NCBI RefSeq assembly: GCF_009914755.1
Contig: NC_060948.1
From: the human T2T-CHM13v2.0 reference genome, Homo sapiens
DNA: 64,000 bases
Direction: 5' to 3' (one strand)
The notes under the pieces are model-generated. The model ran no database searches. It was not told the origin of the DNA and saw only the letters and a program-made list of their open reading frames with translations. The position numbers and the translations under genes are program-made. Shown here piece by piece: positions 27,801-42,800 of this stretch. The first letter of the stretch is position 1, and the number at the start of each line of letters is the position of its first letter.

Positions 27801-30800
27801 ATTCTATTCCATTCCTTTGGATTCCATTCCATTCCGTTCCGTTCACATCAATTCCTTGCGATTCCATTACATGCGATTTCTTGCCATTCGATTCCATTCC
27901 TTTTGACTCCATTTCATTCGATTCCATTCCATTCCATTAATTTCCATTCCATTCGAGACCTTTCCATTGCAGTCTTTTCCCTTCGAGTCCATTCCGTTCG
28001 ATTCCCTTCCATTGGAGTCCGTACCAGTCTAGTCCATTCTATTCCAGTCCATTAGTTTCGACTCCATTGCATTCGAGTGCATTCCATTCCGTGGCTGTCC
28101 ATTCCATTCCGTTTGATGCCATTCCATACGATTCCATTCAATTCGAGACCATTCTATTCCTGTCCATTCCTTGTGGTTCGATTCCATTTTACTCTAGTCC
28201 ATTCCATTCCATTGAATTCCATTCGACTCTATTCCGTTCCATTCAATTCCATTCCATTCGATTCCATTTTTTTCGAGAACCTTCCATTACACTCCCTTCC
28301 ATTCCAGTGCATTCCATTCCAGTCTCTTCAGTTCTATTCCATTCCATTCGTTTCGATTCCATTCCACTCCAGCCCATTCCATTCCATTCCATTCCTTTCT
28401 TTCCGTTTCATTAGATTCCATTGCATTCAATTCCATTCAATTCAATTCCGTGCTATTCAATTTGATTCCTTTCCATTTAATTCCATAGCATTAGATTCCA
28501 TTCCGTTCGATTCCATTCCATTTGATGCCATTCCATTTGATGCCATTCCGTGACATTCCATTCCATTCGAGTCCATTCCGTTCCAATTCATTCCATTCCG
28601 TTTCATGAAATTCGAGTCCTTTCCAGTACATTTCATTCCAATCCCATCCAGTCCAATCTATTCCATTCAATTCCTTTCCCTTCCATTTGATTATATTCCA
28701 TTGATTTGATTCCATTCAGTTTGATTCCATTCCGTGAAATTTCGTTCCATTCTATTCCATTGCATTACTTTCCATTCAATTCCATTCCATTTCATTTCAG
28801 TCCATTCGCTTCCTTTCCTTTCGATTCAATTCCATTTGATTCCACTCCATTCTATGCGATTTCATTCCAATCGATTCAATTCCATTCGATGACATTCCTT
28901 TCGTTTCCATTCCATTCGAGTCCATTCAATTTGAGCATTCGTGTCCATTCTATTCGAGTCCATTCCATTACCGTCTATTCTATTCCCTTCCATTCCTGTT
29001 GATTCAATTTCATTCCCTTCCATTCAATTCCTTTCCATTCGATTCCATTCCTTTCCATTCCATTCCATTCGTTCCCATTCCATGTGATTTCATTCCATTC
29101 CAGTCCATTATATTCGAGTCCACTCCACTCCATTCTATTACATTCAATTCCTCATGAGTCCGTTCCATAACACTCCATGCATTTCGATTCCATTTCTTGC
29201 CAGTTTTCTTCCATTTTATTCCATTCCGTTCGATTCCATTCCATTCGATTGCATTCCATTCGATTGCATACCATTCGAATCCTTTCCATTCCTTTCTATT
29301 CCATTCCATTTCATTCGATTTGATTCCATTGTGTTCTATTCCATTCAATTCTTTTTCATTCCATTCGAATCGTTTCTATTGCAGTCCATTCCATTCGAGT
29401 CCATTCCAATCCCTTCCATCCATTCCATTACAGTCCATTCCAATAGATTCCACTCCTTTGCCTTCCATTCGAATCCATTCCATTCTAGTCCATTCCATTT
29501 GAGTCAATTCCATTCCATTCCATTCTATTCCTTTCCAATCCATTCGATTCCATTCGATTCAATTCCATTTGATTCTCTTTCATTCTATTTTATTCCATGC
29601 CATTTGATTGCATTGCATTCCATTCCGTTTGATTCCAGTCCATTCAAGAAAGTTCCATTCCAGTCCATTGCTTTCGAGTCCATTCCATTCCACTCTAGTC
29701 TATTCCACTCCATTCCTTTCCATTCCATTCCATACTATTCCATTCCATTCCTTTGCATTCCGTTTCCAATCTATTCGAGTCCATTCCAATCCCTTCCATC
29801 CATTCCATTACAGTCCATTCCAATAGATTCCACTCCTTTGCCTTCCATTCGAATCCATTCCATTCTGGTCCATTCCATTTGAGTCAATTCCATTCCATTC
29901 CATTCTATTCCTTTCCAATCCATTCGATTCCATTCGATTCAATTCCATTTAATTCTCTTTCATTCTATTTTATTCCATGCCATTTGATTGCATTGCATTC
30001 CATTCCGTTTGATTCCAGTCCATTCAAGAAAGTTCCATTCCAGTCCATTGCTTTCGAGTCCATTCCATTCCACTGTAGTCTATTCCACTCCATTCCTTTC
30101 CATTCCATTCCATACTATTCCATTCCATTCCTTTGTATTCCGTTTCCAATCTATTCGAGTCCATTACATTCCAGTCCAATCCATTCGATTACATTCCTCT
30201 TGATTCCCTGCCAGTCGATTGCATTGCATACTAGACCATTCCAAAGGAGTCCATTCCATTCTATTTCAACACTTTCCATTCCACTCTGTTCGAGTCCATT
30301 CCATTCCAGTCCATTTAATTCAAGGGCATTCCATTCCATTCCATTCCATTTCATATTATTCTATTCCATTCAATTCCATTCCAGATGATTCCATTCCATT
30401 CTATACCATTGCTCTCTGTTCCATTCCATTCCATCTGTCTCCATTCCTTTCGTTTCGATTCCTTTCCATTCCATTCCATTACATTTGATCCTATTTTATT
30501 AAATTGCATTCTATTCGAGTGATTTCCATTCGAGTCCTTTCCATTCGATTCCATTCCATTCTATTCCATTCCTTTGGATTCCATTCCATTCCGTTCCGTT
30601 CACATCAATTCCTTGCGATTCCATTACATTCGATTTCTTGCCATTCGATTCCATTCCTTTTGACTCCATTTCATTCGATTCCATTCCATTCCATTAATTT
30701 CCATTCCATTCGAGACCTTTCCATTGCAGTCTTTTCCCTTCGAGTCCATTCCGTTCGATTCCCTTCCATTGGAGTCCGTACCAGTCGAGTCCATTCTATT

Positions 30801-33800
30801 CCAGTCCATTAGTTTCGACTCCATTGCATTCGAGTGCATTCCATTCCGTGGCTGTCCATTCCATTCCGTTTGATGCCATTCCATACGATTCCATTCAATT
30901 CGAGACCATTCTATTCCTGTCCATTCCTTGTGGTTCGATTCCATTTTACTCTAGTCCATTCCATTCCATTGAATTCCATTCGACTCTATTCCGTTCCATT
31001 CAATTCCATTCCATTCGATTCCATTTTTTTCGAGAACCTTCCATTACACTCCCTTCCATTCCAGTGCATTCCATTCCAGTCTCTTCAGTTCTATTCCATT
31101 CCATTCGTTTCGATTCCATTCCTCTCCAGCCCATTCCATTCCATTCCATTCCTTTCTTTCCGTTTCATTAGATTCCATTGCATTCAATTCCATTCAATTC
31201 AATTCCGTGCTATTCAATTTGATTCCTTTCCATTTAATTCCATAGCATTAGATTCCATTCCGTTCGATTCCATTCCATTTGATGCCATTCCATTTGATGT
31301 CATTCCGTGACATTCCATTCCATTCGAGTCCATTCCGTTCCAATTCATTCCATTCCGTTTCATGAAATTCGAGTCCTTTCCAGTACATTTCATTCCAATC
31401 CCAACCAGTCCAATCTATTCCATTCAATTCCTTTCCCTTCCATTTGATTATATTCCATTGATTTGATTCCATTCAGTTTGATTCCATTCCGTGAAATTTC
31501 GTTCCATTCTATTCCATTGCATTACTTTCCATTCAATTCCATTCCATTTCATTTCTGTCCATTCGCTTCCTTTCCTTTCGATTCAATTCCATTTGATTCC
31601 ACTCCATTCTATGCGATTTCATTGCAATCAATTCAATTCCATTCGATGACATTCCTTTCGTTTCCATTCCATTCGAGTCCATTCAATTTGAGCATTCGTG
31701 TCCATTCTATTCGAGTCCATTCCATTACCGTCTATTCTATTCCCTTCCATTCCTGTTGATTCAATTTCATTCCCTTCCATTCAATTCCTTTCCATTCGAT
31801 TCCATTCCTTTCCATTCCATTCCATTCGTTCCCATTCCATGTGATTTCATTCCATTCCAGTGCATTATATTTGAGTCCACTCCACTCCATTCTATTACAT
31901 TCAATTCCTCATGAGTCCGTTCCATAACACTCCCTGCATTTCGATTCCATTTCTTGCCAGTTTTCTTCCATTTTATTGCATTCCGTTCGATTCCATTCCA
32001 TTCGATTGCATTCCATTCGATTGCATTCCATTCGAATCCTTTCCATTCCTTTCTATTCCATTCCATTTCATTCGATTTGATTCCATTCTGTTCTATTCCA
32101 TTCAATTCTTTTTCATTCCATTCGAATCCTTTCTATTGCAGTCCATTCCATTCGAGTCCATTCCAATCCCTTCCATCCATTCCATTACAGTCCATTCCAA
32201 TAGATTCCACTCCTTTGCCTTCCATTCGAATCCATTCCATTCTAGTCCATTCCATTTGAGTCAATTCCATTCCATTCCATTCTATTCCTTTCCAATCCAT
32301 TCGATTCCATTCGATTCAATTCCATTTAATTCTCTTTCATTCTATTTTATTCCATGCCATTTGATTGCATTGCATTCCATTCCGTTTGATTCCAGTCCAT
32401 TCAAGAAAGTTCCATTCCAGTCCATTGCTTTCGAGTCCATTCCATTCCACTGTAGTCTATTCCACTCCATTCCTTTCCATTCCATTCCATACTATTCCAT
32501 TCCATTCCTTTGCATTCCGTTTCCAATCTATTCGAGTCCATTACATTCCAGTCCAATCCATTCGATTACATTCCTCTTGATTCCCTGCCAGTCGATTGCA
32601 TTGCATACTAGACCATTCCAAAGGAGTCCATTCCATTCTATTTCAACACTTTCCATTCCACTCTGTTCGAGCCCATTCCATTCCAGTCCATTTAATTCAA
32701 GGGCATTCCATTCCATTCCATTCCATTTCATATTATTCTATTCCATTCAATTCCATTCCAGATGATTCCGTTCCATTCTATACCATTGCTCTCTGTTCCA
32801 TTCCATTCCATCTGTCTCCATTCCTTTCGTTTCGATTCCTTTCCATTCCATTCCATTACATTTGATCCTATTTTATTAAATAGCATTCTATTCGAGTGAT
32901 TTCCATTCGAGTCCTTTCCATTCGATTCCATTCCATTCTATTCCATTCCTTTGGATTCCATTCCATTCCGTTCCGTTCACATCAATTCCTTGCGATTCCA
33001 TTACATTCGATTTCTTGCCATTCGATTCCATTCCTTTTGACTCCATTTCATTCGATTCCATTCCATTCCATTAATTTCCATTCCATTCGAGACCTTTCCA
33101 TTGCAGTCTTTTCCCTTCGAGTCCATTCCGTTCGATTCCCTTCCATTGGAGTCCGTACCAGTCTAGTCCATTCTATTCCAGTCCATTAGTTTCGACTCCA
33201 TTGCATTCGAGTGCATTCCATTTCGTGGCTGTCCATTTCATTCCGTTTGATGCCATTCCATACGATTCCATTCAATTCGAGACCATTCTATTCCTGTCCA
33301 TTCCTTGTGGTTCGATTCCATTTTACTCTAGTCCATTCCATTCCATTGAATTCCATTCGACTCTATTCCGTTCCATTCAATTCCATTCCATTCGATTCCA
33401 TTTTTTTCGAGAACCTTCCATTACACTCCCTTCCATTCCAGTGCATTCCATTCCAGTCTCTTCAGTTCTATTCCATTCCATTCGTTTCGATTCCATTCCA
33501 CTCCAGCCCATTCCATTCCATTCCATTCCTTTCTTTCCGTTTCATTAGATTCCATTGCATTCAATTCCATTCAATTCAATTCCGTGCTATTCAATTTGAT
33601 TCCTTTCCATTTAATTCCATAGCATTAGATTCCATTCCGTTCGATTCCATTCCATTTGATGCCATTCCATTTGATGCCATTCCGTGACATTCCATTCCAT
33701 TCGAGTCCATTCCGTTCCAATTCATTCCATTCCGTTTCATGAAATTCGAGTCCTTTCCAGTACATTTCATTCCAATCCCATCCAGTCCAATCTATTCCAT

Positions 33801-36800
33801 TCAATTCCTTTCCCTTCCATTTGATTATATTCCATTGATTTGATTCCATTCAGTTTGATTCCATTCCGTGAAATTTCGTTCCATTCTATTCCATTGCATT
33901 ACTTTCCATTCAATTCCATTCCATTTCATTTCAGTCCATTCGCTTCCTTTCCTTTCGATTCAATTCCATTTGATTCCACTCCATTCTATGCGATTTCATT
34001 CCAATCGATTCAATTCCATTCGATGACATTCCTTTCGTTTCCATTCCATTCGAGTCCATTCAATTTGAGCATTCGTGTCCATTCTATTCGAGTCCATTCC
34101 ATTACCGTCTATTCTATTCCCTTCCATTCCTGTTGATTCAATTTCATTCCGTTCCATTCGATTCCTTTCCATTCGATTCCATTCCTTTCCATTCCATTCC
34201 ATTCGTTCCCATTCCATGTGATTTCATTCCATTCCAGTCCATTATATTCGAGTCCACTCCACTCCATTCTATTACATTCAATTCCTCATGAGTCCGTTCC
34301 ATAACACTCCATGCATTTCGATTCCATTTCTTGCCAGTTTTCTTCCATTTTATTCCATTCCGTTCGATTCCATTCCATTCGATTGCATTCCATTCGATTG
34401 CATACCATTCGAATCCTTTCCATTCCTTTCTATTCCATTCCATTTCATTCGATTTGATTCCATTGTGTTCTATTCCATTCAATTCTTTTTCATTCCATTC
34501 GAATCGTTTCTATTGCAGTCCATTCCATTCGAGTCCATTCCAATCCCTTCCATCCATTCCATTACAGTCCATTCCAATAGATTCCACTCCTTTGCCTTCC
34601 ATTCGAATCCATTCCATTCTAGTCCATTCCATTTGAGTCAATTCCATTCCATTCCATTCTATTCCTTTCCAATCCATTCGATTCCATTCGATTCAATTCC
34701 ATTTGATTCTCTTTCATTCTATTTTATTCCATGCCATTTGATTGCATTGCATTCCATTCCGTTTGATTCCAGTCCATTCAAGAAAGTTCCATTCCAGTCC
34801 ATTGCTTTCGAGTCCATTCCATTCCACTCTAGTCTATTCCACTCCATTCCTTTCCATTCCATTCCATACTATTCCATTCCATTCCTTTGCATTCCGTTTC
34901 CAATCTATTCGAGTCCATTACATTCCAGTCCAATCCATTCGATTACATTCCTCTTGATTCCCTGCCAGTCGATTGCATTGCATACTAGACCATTCCAAAG
35001 GAGTCCATTCCATTCTATTTCAACACTTTCCATTCCACTCTGTTCGAGTCCATTCCATTCCAGTCCATTTAATTCAAGGGCATTCCATTCCATTCCATTC
35101 CATTTCATATTATTCTATTCCATTCAATTCCATTCCAGATGATTCCATTCCATTCTATACCATTGCTCTCTGTTCCATTCCATTCCATCTGTCTCCATTC
35201 CTTTCGTTTCGATTCCTTTCCATTCCATTCCATTACATTTGATCCTATTTTATTAAATTGCATTCTATTCGAGTGATTTCCATTCGAGTCCTTTCCATTC
35301 GATTCCATTCCATTCTATTCCATTCCTTTGGATTCCATTCCATTCCGTTCCGTTCATATCAATTCCTTGCCATTCCATTACATTCGATTTCTTGCCATTC
35401 GATTCCATTCCTTTTGACTCCATTTCATTCGATTCCATTCCATTCCATTAATTTCCATTCCATTCGAGACATTTCCATTGCAGTCTTTCCCTTCGAGTCC
35501 ATTCCGTTCGATTCCCTTCCATTGGAGTCCGTACCAGTCTAGTCCATTCTATTCCAGTCCATTAGTTTCGACTCCATTGCATTCGAGTGCATTCCATTCC
35601 GTGGCTGTCCATTGCATTCCGTTTGATGTCATTCCATACGATTCCATTCAATTCGAGACCATTCTATTCCTGTCCATTCCTTGTGGTTCGATTCCATTTT
35701 ACTCTAGTCCATTCCATTCCATTGAATTCCATTCGACTCTATTCCGTTCCATTCAATTCCATTCCATTCGATTCCATTTTTTTCGAGAACCTTCCATTAC
35801 ACTCCCTTCCATTCCAGTGCATTCCATTCCAGTCTCTTCAGTTCTATTCCATTCCATTCGTTTCGATTCCATTCCACTCCAGCCCATTCCATTCCATTCC
35901 ATTCCTTTCTTTCCGTTTCATTAGATTCCATTGCATTCAATTCCATTCAATTCAATTCCGTGCTATTCAATTTGATTCCTTTCCATTTAATTCCATAGCA
36001 TTAGATTCCATTCCGTTCGATTCCATTCCATTTGATGCCATTCCATTTGATGCCATTCCGTGACATTCCATTCCATTCGAGTCCATTCCGTTCCAATTCA
36101 TTCCATTCCGTTTCATGAAATTCGAGTCCTTTCCAGTACATTTCATTCCAATCCCATCCAATCCAATCTATTCCATTCAATTCCTTTCCCTTCCATTTGA
36201 TTATATTCCATTGATTTGATTCCATTCAGTTTGATTCCATTCCGTGAAATTTCGTTCCATTCTATTCCATTGCATTACTTTCCATTCAATTCCATTCCAT
36301 TTCATTTCTGTCCATTCGCTTCCTTTCCTTTCGATTCAATTCCATTTGATTCCACTCCATTCTATGCGATTTCATTGCAATCGATTCAATTCCATTCGAT
36401 GACATTCCTTTCGTTTCCATTCCATTAGAGTCCATTCAATTTGAGCATTCGTGTCCATTCTATTCGAGTCCATTCCATTACCGTCTATTCTATTCCCTTC
36501 CATTCCTGTTGATTCAATTTCATTCCCTTCCATTCGATTCCTTTCCATTCGATTCCATTCCTTTCCATTCCATTCCATTCGTTCCCATTCCATGTGATTT
36601 CATTCCATTCCAGTGCATTATATTCGAGTCCACTCCACTCCATTCTATTACATTCAATTCCTCATGAGTCCGTTCCATAACACTCCCTGCATTTCGATTC
36701 CATTTCTTGCCAGTTTTCTTCCATTTTATTGCATTCCGTTCGATTCCATTCCATTCGATTGCATTCCATTCGATTGCATTCCATTCGAATCCTTTCCATT

Positions 36801-39800
36801 CCTTTCTATTCCATTCCATTTCATTCGATTTGATTCCATTCTGTTCTATTCCATTCAATTCTTTTTCATTCCATTCGAATCCTTTCTATTGCAGTCCATT
36901 CCATTCGAGTCCATTCCAATCCCTTCCATCCATTCCATTACAGTCCATTCCAATAGATTCCACTCCTTTGCCTTCCATTCGAATCCATTCCATTCTAGTC
37001 CATTCCATTTGAGTCAATTCCATTCCATTCCATTCTATTCCTTTCCAATCCATTCGATTCCATTCGATTCAATTCCATTTAATTCTCTTTCATTCTATTT
37101 TATTCCATGCCATTTGATTGCATTGCATTCCATTCCGTTTGATTCCAGTCCATTCAAGAAAGTTCCATTCCAGTCCATTGCTTTCGAGTCCATTCCATTC
37201 CACTCTAGTCTATTCCACTCCATTCCTTTCCATTCCATTCCATACTATTCCATTCCATTCCTTTGCATTCCGTTTCCAATCTATTCGAGTCCATTACATT
37301 CCAGTCCAATCCATTCGATTACATTCCTCTTGATTCCCTGCCAGTCGATTGCATTGCATACTAGACCATTCCAAAGGAGTCCATTCCATTCTATTTCAAC
37401 ACTTTCCATTCCACTCTGTTCGAGTCCATTCCATTCCAGTCCATTTAATTCAAGGGCATTCCATTCCATTCCATTCCATTTCATATTATTCTATTCCATT
37501 CAATTCCATTCCAGATGATTCCATTCCATTCTATACCATTGCTCTCTGTTCCATTCCATTCCATCTGTCTCCATTCCTTTCGTTTCGATTCCTTTCCATT
37601 CCATTCCATTACATTTGATCCTATTTTATTAAATTGCATTCTATTCGAGTGATTTCCATTCGAGTCCTTTCCATTCGATTCCATTCCATTCTATTCCATT
37701 CCTTTGGATTCCATTCCATTCCGTTCCGTTCATATCAATTCCTTGCCATTCCATTACATTCGATTTCTTGCCATTCGATTCCATTCCTTTTGACTCCATT
37801 TCATTCGATTCCATTCCATTCCATTAATTTCCATTCCATTCGAGACCTTTCCATTGCAGTCTTTTCCCTTCGAGTCCATTCCGTTCGATTCCCTTCCATT
37901 GGAGTCCGTACCAGTCGAGTCCATTCTATTCCAGTCCATTAGTTTCGACTCCATTGCATTCGAGTGCATTCCATTCCGTGGCTGTCCATTGCATTCCGTT
38001 TGATGCCATTCCATATGATTCCATTCAATTCGAGACCATTCTATTCCTGTCCATTCCTTGTGGTTCGATTCCATTTTACTCTAGTCCATTCCATTCCATT
38101 GAATTCCATTCGACTCTATTCCGTTCCATTCAATTCCATTCCATTCGATTCCATTTTTTTCGAGAACCTTCCATTACACTCCCTTCCATTCCAGTGCATT
38201 CCATTCCAGTCTCTTCAGTTCTATTCCATTCCATTCGTTTCGATTCCATTCCACTCCAGCCCATTCCATTCCATTCCATTCCTTTCTTTCCGTTTCATTA
38301 GATTCCATTGCATTCAATTCCATTCAATTCAATTCCGTGCTATTCAATTTGATTCCTTTCCATTTAATTCCATAGCATTAGATTCCATTCCGTTCGATTC
38401 CATTCCATTTGATGCCATTCCATTTGATGCCATTCCGTGACATTCCATTCCATTCGAGTCCATTCCGTTCCAATTCATTCCATTCCGTTTCATGAAATTC
38501 GAGTCCTTTCCAGTACATTTCATTCCAATCCCATCCAGTCCAATCTATTCCATTCAATTCCTTTCCCTTCCATTTGATTATATTCCATTGATTTGATTCC
38601 ATTCAGTTTGATTCCATTCCGTGAAATTTCGTTCCATTCTATTCCATTGCATTACTTTCCATTCAATTCCATTCCATTTCATTTCAGTCCATTCGCTTCC
38701 TTTCCTTTCGATTCAATTCCATTTGATTCCACTCCATTCTATGCGATTTCATTCCAATCGATTCAATTCCATTCGATGACATTCCTTTCGTTTCCATTCC
38801 ATTCGAGTCCATTCAATTTGAGCATTCGTGTCCATTCTATTCGAGTCCATTCCATTACCGTCTATTCTATTCCCTTCCATTCCTGTTGATTCAATTTCAT
38901 TCCCTTCCATTCAATTCCTTTCCATTCGATTCCATTCCTTTCCATTCCATTCCATTCGTTCCCATTCCATGTGATTTCATTCCATTCCAGTCCATTATAT
39001 TCGAGTCCACTCCACTCCATTCTATTACATTCAATTCCTCATGAGTCCGTTCCATAACACTCCATGCATTTCGATTCCATTTCTTGCCAGTTTTCTTCCA
39101 TTTTATTCCATTCCGTTCGATTCCATTCCATTCGATTGCATTCCATTCGATTGCATACCATTCGAATCCTTTCCATTCCTTTCTATTCCATTCCATTTCA
39201 TTCGATTTGATTCCATTGTGTTCTATTCCATTCAATTCTTTTTCATTCCATTCGAATCGTTTTTATTGCAGTCCATTCCATTCGAGTCCATTCCAATCCC
39301 TTCCATCCATTCCATTACAGTCCATTCCAATAGATTCCACTCCTTTGCCTTCCATTCGAATCCATTCCATTCTAGTCCATTCCATTTGAGTCAATTCCAT
39401 TCCATTCCATTCTATTCCTTTCCAATCCATTCGATTCCATTCGATTCAATTCCATTTGATTCTCTTTCATTCTATTTTATTCCATGCCATTTGATTGCAT
39501 TGCATTCCATTCCGTTTGATTCCAGTCCATTCAAGAAAGTTCCATTCCAGTCCATTGCTTTCGAGTCCATTCCATTCCACTCTAGTCTATTCCACTCCAT
39601 TCCTTTCCATTCCATTCCATACTATTCCATTCCATTCCTTTGCATTCCGTTTCCAATCTATTCGAGTCCATTACATTCCAGTCCAATCCATTCGATTACA
39701 TTCCTCTTGATTCCCTGCCAGTCGATTGCATTGCATACTAGACCATTCCAAAGGAGTCCATTCCATTCTATTTCAACACTTTCCATTCCACTCTGTTCGA

Positions 39801-42800
39801 GTCCATTCCATTCCAGTCCATTTAATTCAAGGGCATTCCATTCCATTCCATTCCATTTCATATTATTCTATTCCATTCAATTCCATTCCAGATGATTCCA
39901 TTCCATTCTATACCATTGCTCTCTGTTCCATTCCATTCCATCTGTCTCCATTCCTTTCGTTTCGATTCCTTTCCATTCCATTCCATTACATTTGATCCTA
40001 TTTTATTAAATTGCATTCTATTCGAGTGATTTCCATTCGAGTCCTTTCCATTCGATTCCATTCCATTCTATTCCATTCCTTTGGATTCCATTCCATTCCG
40101 TTCCGTTCATATCAATTCCTTGCCATTCCATTACATTCGATTTCTTGCCATTCGATTCCATTCCTTTTGACTCCATTTCATTCGATTCCATTCCATTCCA
40201 TTAATTTCCATTCCATTCGAGACCTTTCCATTGCAGTCTTTTCCCTTCGAGTCCATTCCGTTCGATTCCCTTCCATTGGAGTCCGTACCAGTCTAGTCCA
40301 TTCTATTCCAGTCCATTAGTTTCGACTCCATTGCATTCGAGTGCATTCCATTCCGTGGCTGTCCATTGCATTCCGTTTGATGCCATTCCATATGATTCCA
40401 TTCAATTCGAGACCATTCTATTCCTGTCCATTCCTTGTGGTTCGATTCCATTTTACTCTAGTCCATTCCATTCCATTGAATTCCATTCGACTCTATTCCG
40501 TTCCATTCAATTCCATTCCATTCGATTCCATTTTTTTCGAGAACCTTCCATTACACTCCCTTCCATTCCAGTGCATTCCATTCCAGTCTCTTCAGTTCTA
40601 TTCCATTCCATTCGTTTCGATTCCATTCCACTCCAGCCCATTCCATTCCATTCCATTCCTTTCTTTCCGTTTCATTAGATTCCATTGCATTCAATTCCAT
40701 TCAAATCAATTCCGTGCTATTCAATTTGATTCCTTTCCATTTAATTCCATAGCATTAGATTCCATTCCGTTCGATTCCATTCCATTTGATGCCATTCCAT
40801 TTGATGCCATTCCGTGACATTCCATTCCATTCGAGTCCATTCCGTTCCAATTCATTCCATTCCGTTTCATGAAATTCGAGTCCTTTCCAGTACATTTCAT
40901 TCCAATCCCATCCAATCCAATCTATTCCATTCAATTCCTTTCCCTTCCATTTGATTATATTCCATTGATTTGATTCCATTCAGTTTGATTCCATTCCGTG
41001 AAATTTCGTTCCATTCTATTCCATTGCATTACTTTCCATTCAATTCCATTCCATTTCATTTCTGTCCATTCGCTTCCTTTCCTTTCGATTCAATTCCATT
41101 TGATTCCACTCCATTCTATGCGATTTCATTGCAATCGATTCAATTCCATTCGATGACATTCCTTTCGTTTCCATTCCATTAGAGTCCATTCAATTTGAGC
41201 ATTCGTGTCCATTCTATTCGAGTCCATTCCATTACCGTCTATTCTATTCCCTTCCATTCCTGTTGATTCAATTTCATTCCCTTCCATTCGATTCCTTTCC
41301 ATTCGATTCCATTCCTTTCCATTCCATTCCATTCGTTCCCATTCCATGTGATTTCATTCCATTCCAGTGCATTATATTCGAGTCCACTCCACTCCATTCT
41401 ATTACATTCAATTCCTCATGAGTCCGTTACATAACACTCCCTGCATTTCGATTCCATTTCTTGCCAGTTTTCTTCCAGTTTATTGCATTCCGTTCGATTC
41501 CATTCCATTCGATTGCATTCCATTCGATTGCATTCCATTCGAATCCTTTCCATTCCTTTCTATTCCATTCCATTTCATTCGATTTGATTCCATTCTGTTC
41601 TATTCCATTCAATTCTTTTTCATTCCATTCGAATCCTTTCTATTGCAGTCCATTCCATTCGAGTCCATTCCAATCCCTTCCATCCATTCCATTACAGTCC
41701 ATTCCAATAGATTCCACTCCTTTGCCTTCCATTCGAATCCATTCCATTCTAGTCCATTCCATTTGAGTCAATTCCATTCCATTCCATTCTATTCCTTTCC
41801 AATCCATTCGATTCCATTCGATTCAATTCCATTTAATTCTCTTTCATTCTATTTTATTCCATGCCATTTGATTGCATTGCATTCCATTCCGTTTGATTCC
41901 AGTCCATTCAAGAAAGTTCCATTCCAGTCCATTGCTTTCGAGTCCATTCCATTCCACTCTAGTCTATTCCACTCCATTCCTTTCCATTCCATTCCATACT
42001 ATTCCATTCCATTCCTTTGCATTCCGTTTCCAATCTACTCGAGTCCATTACATTCCAGTCCAATCCATTCGATTACATTCCTCTTGATTCCCTGCCAGTC
42101 GATTGCATTGCATACTAGACCATTCCAAAGGAGTCCATTCCATTCTATTTCAACACTTTCCATTCCACTCTGTTCGAGTCCATTCCATTCCAGTCCATTT
42201 AATTCAAGGGCATTCCATTCCATTCCATTCCATTTCATATTATTCTATTCCATTCAATTCCATTCCAGATGATTCCATTCCATTCTATACCATTGCTCTC
42301 TGTTCCATTCCATTCCATCTGTCTCCATTCCTTTCGTTTCGATTCCTTTCCATTCCATTCCATTACATTTGATCCTATTTTATTAAATTGCATTCTATTC
42401 GAGTGATTTCCATTCGAGTCCTTTCCATTCGATTCCATTCCATTCTATTCCATTCCTTTGGATTCCATTCCATTCCGTTCCGTTCACATCAATTCCTTGC
42501 GATTCCATTACATTCGATTTCTTGCCATTCGATTCCATTCCTTTTGACTCCATTTCATTCGATTCCATTCCATTCCATTAATTTCCATTCCATTCGAGAC
42601 CTTTCCATTGCAGTCTTTTCCCTTCGAGTCCATTCCGTTCGATTCCCTTCCATTGGAGTCCGTACCAGTCGAGTCCATTCTATTCCAGTCCATTAGTTTC
42701 GACTCCATTGCATTCGAGTGCATTCCATTCCGTGGCTGTCCATTCCATTCCGTTTGATGCCATTCCATACGATTCCATTCAATTCGAGACCATTCTATTC

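Noticed and set aside
5855-35495. Singleton 1 bp deletions (~5859, ~20330, ~25676, ~35488)
   Set aside because: Each occurs once in a short homopolymer and may be a sequencing or consensus error. Not interpretable without reads, unlike the recurrent deletion at ~45598/50351/57486.
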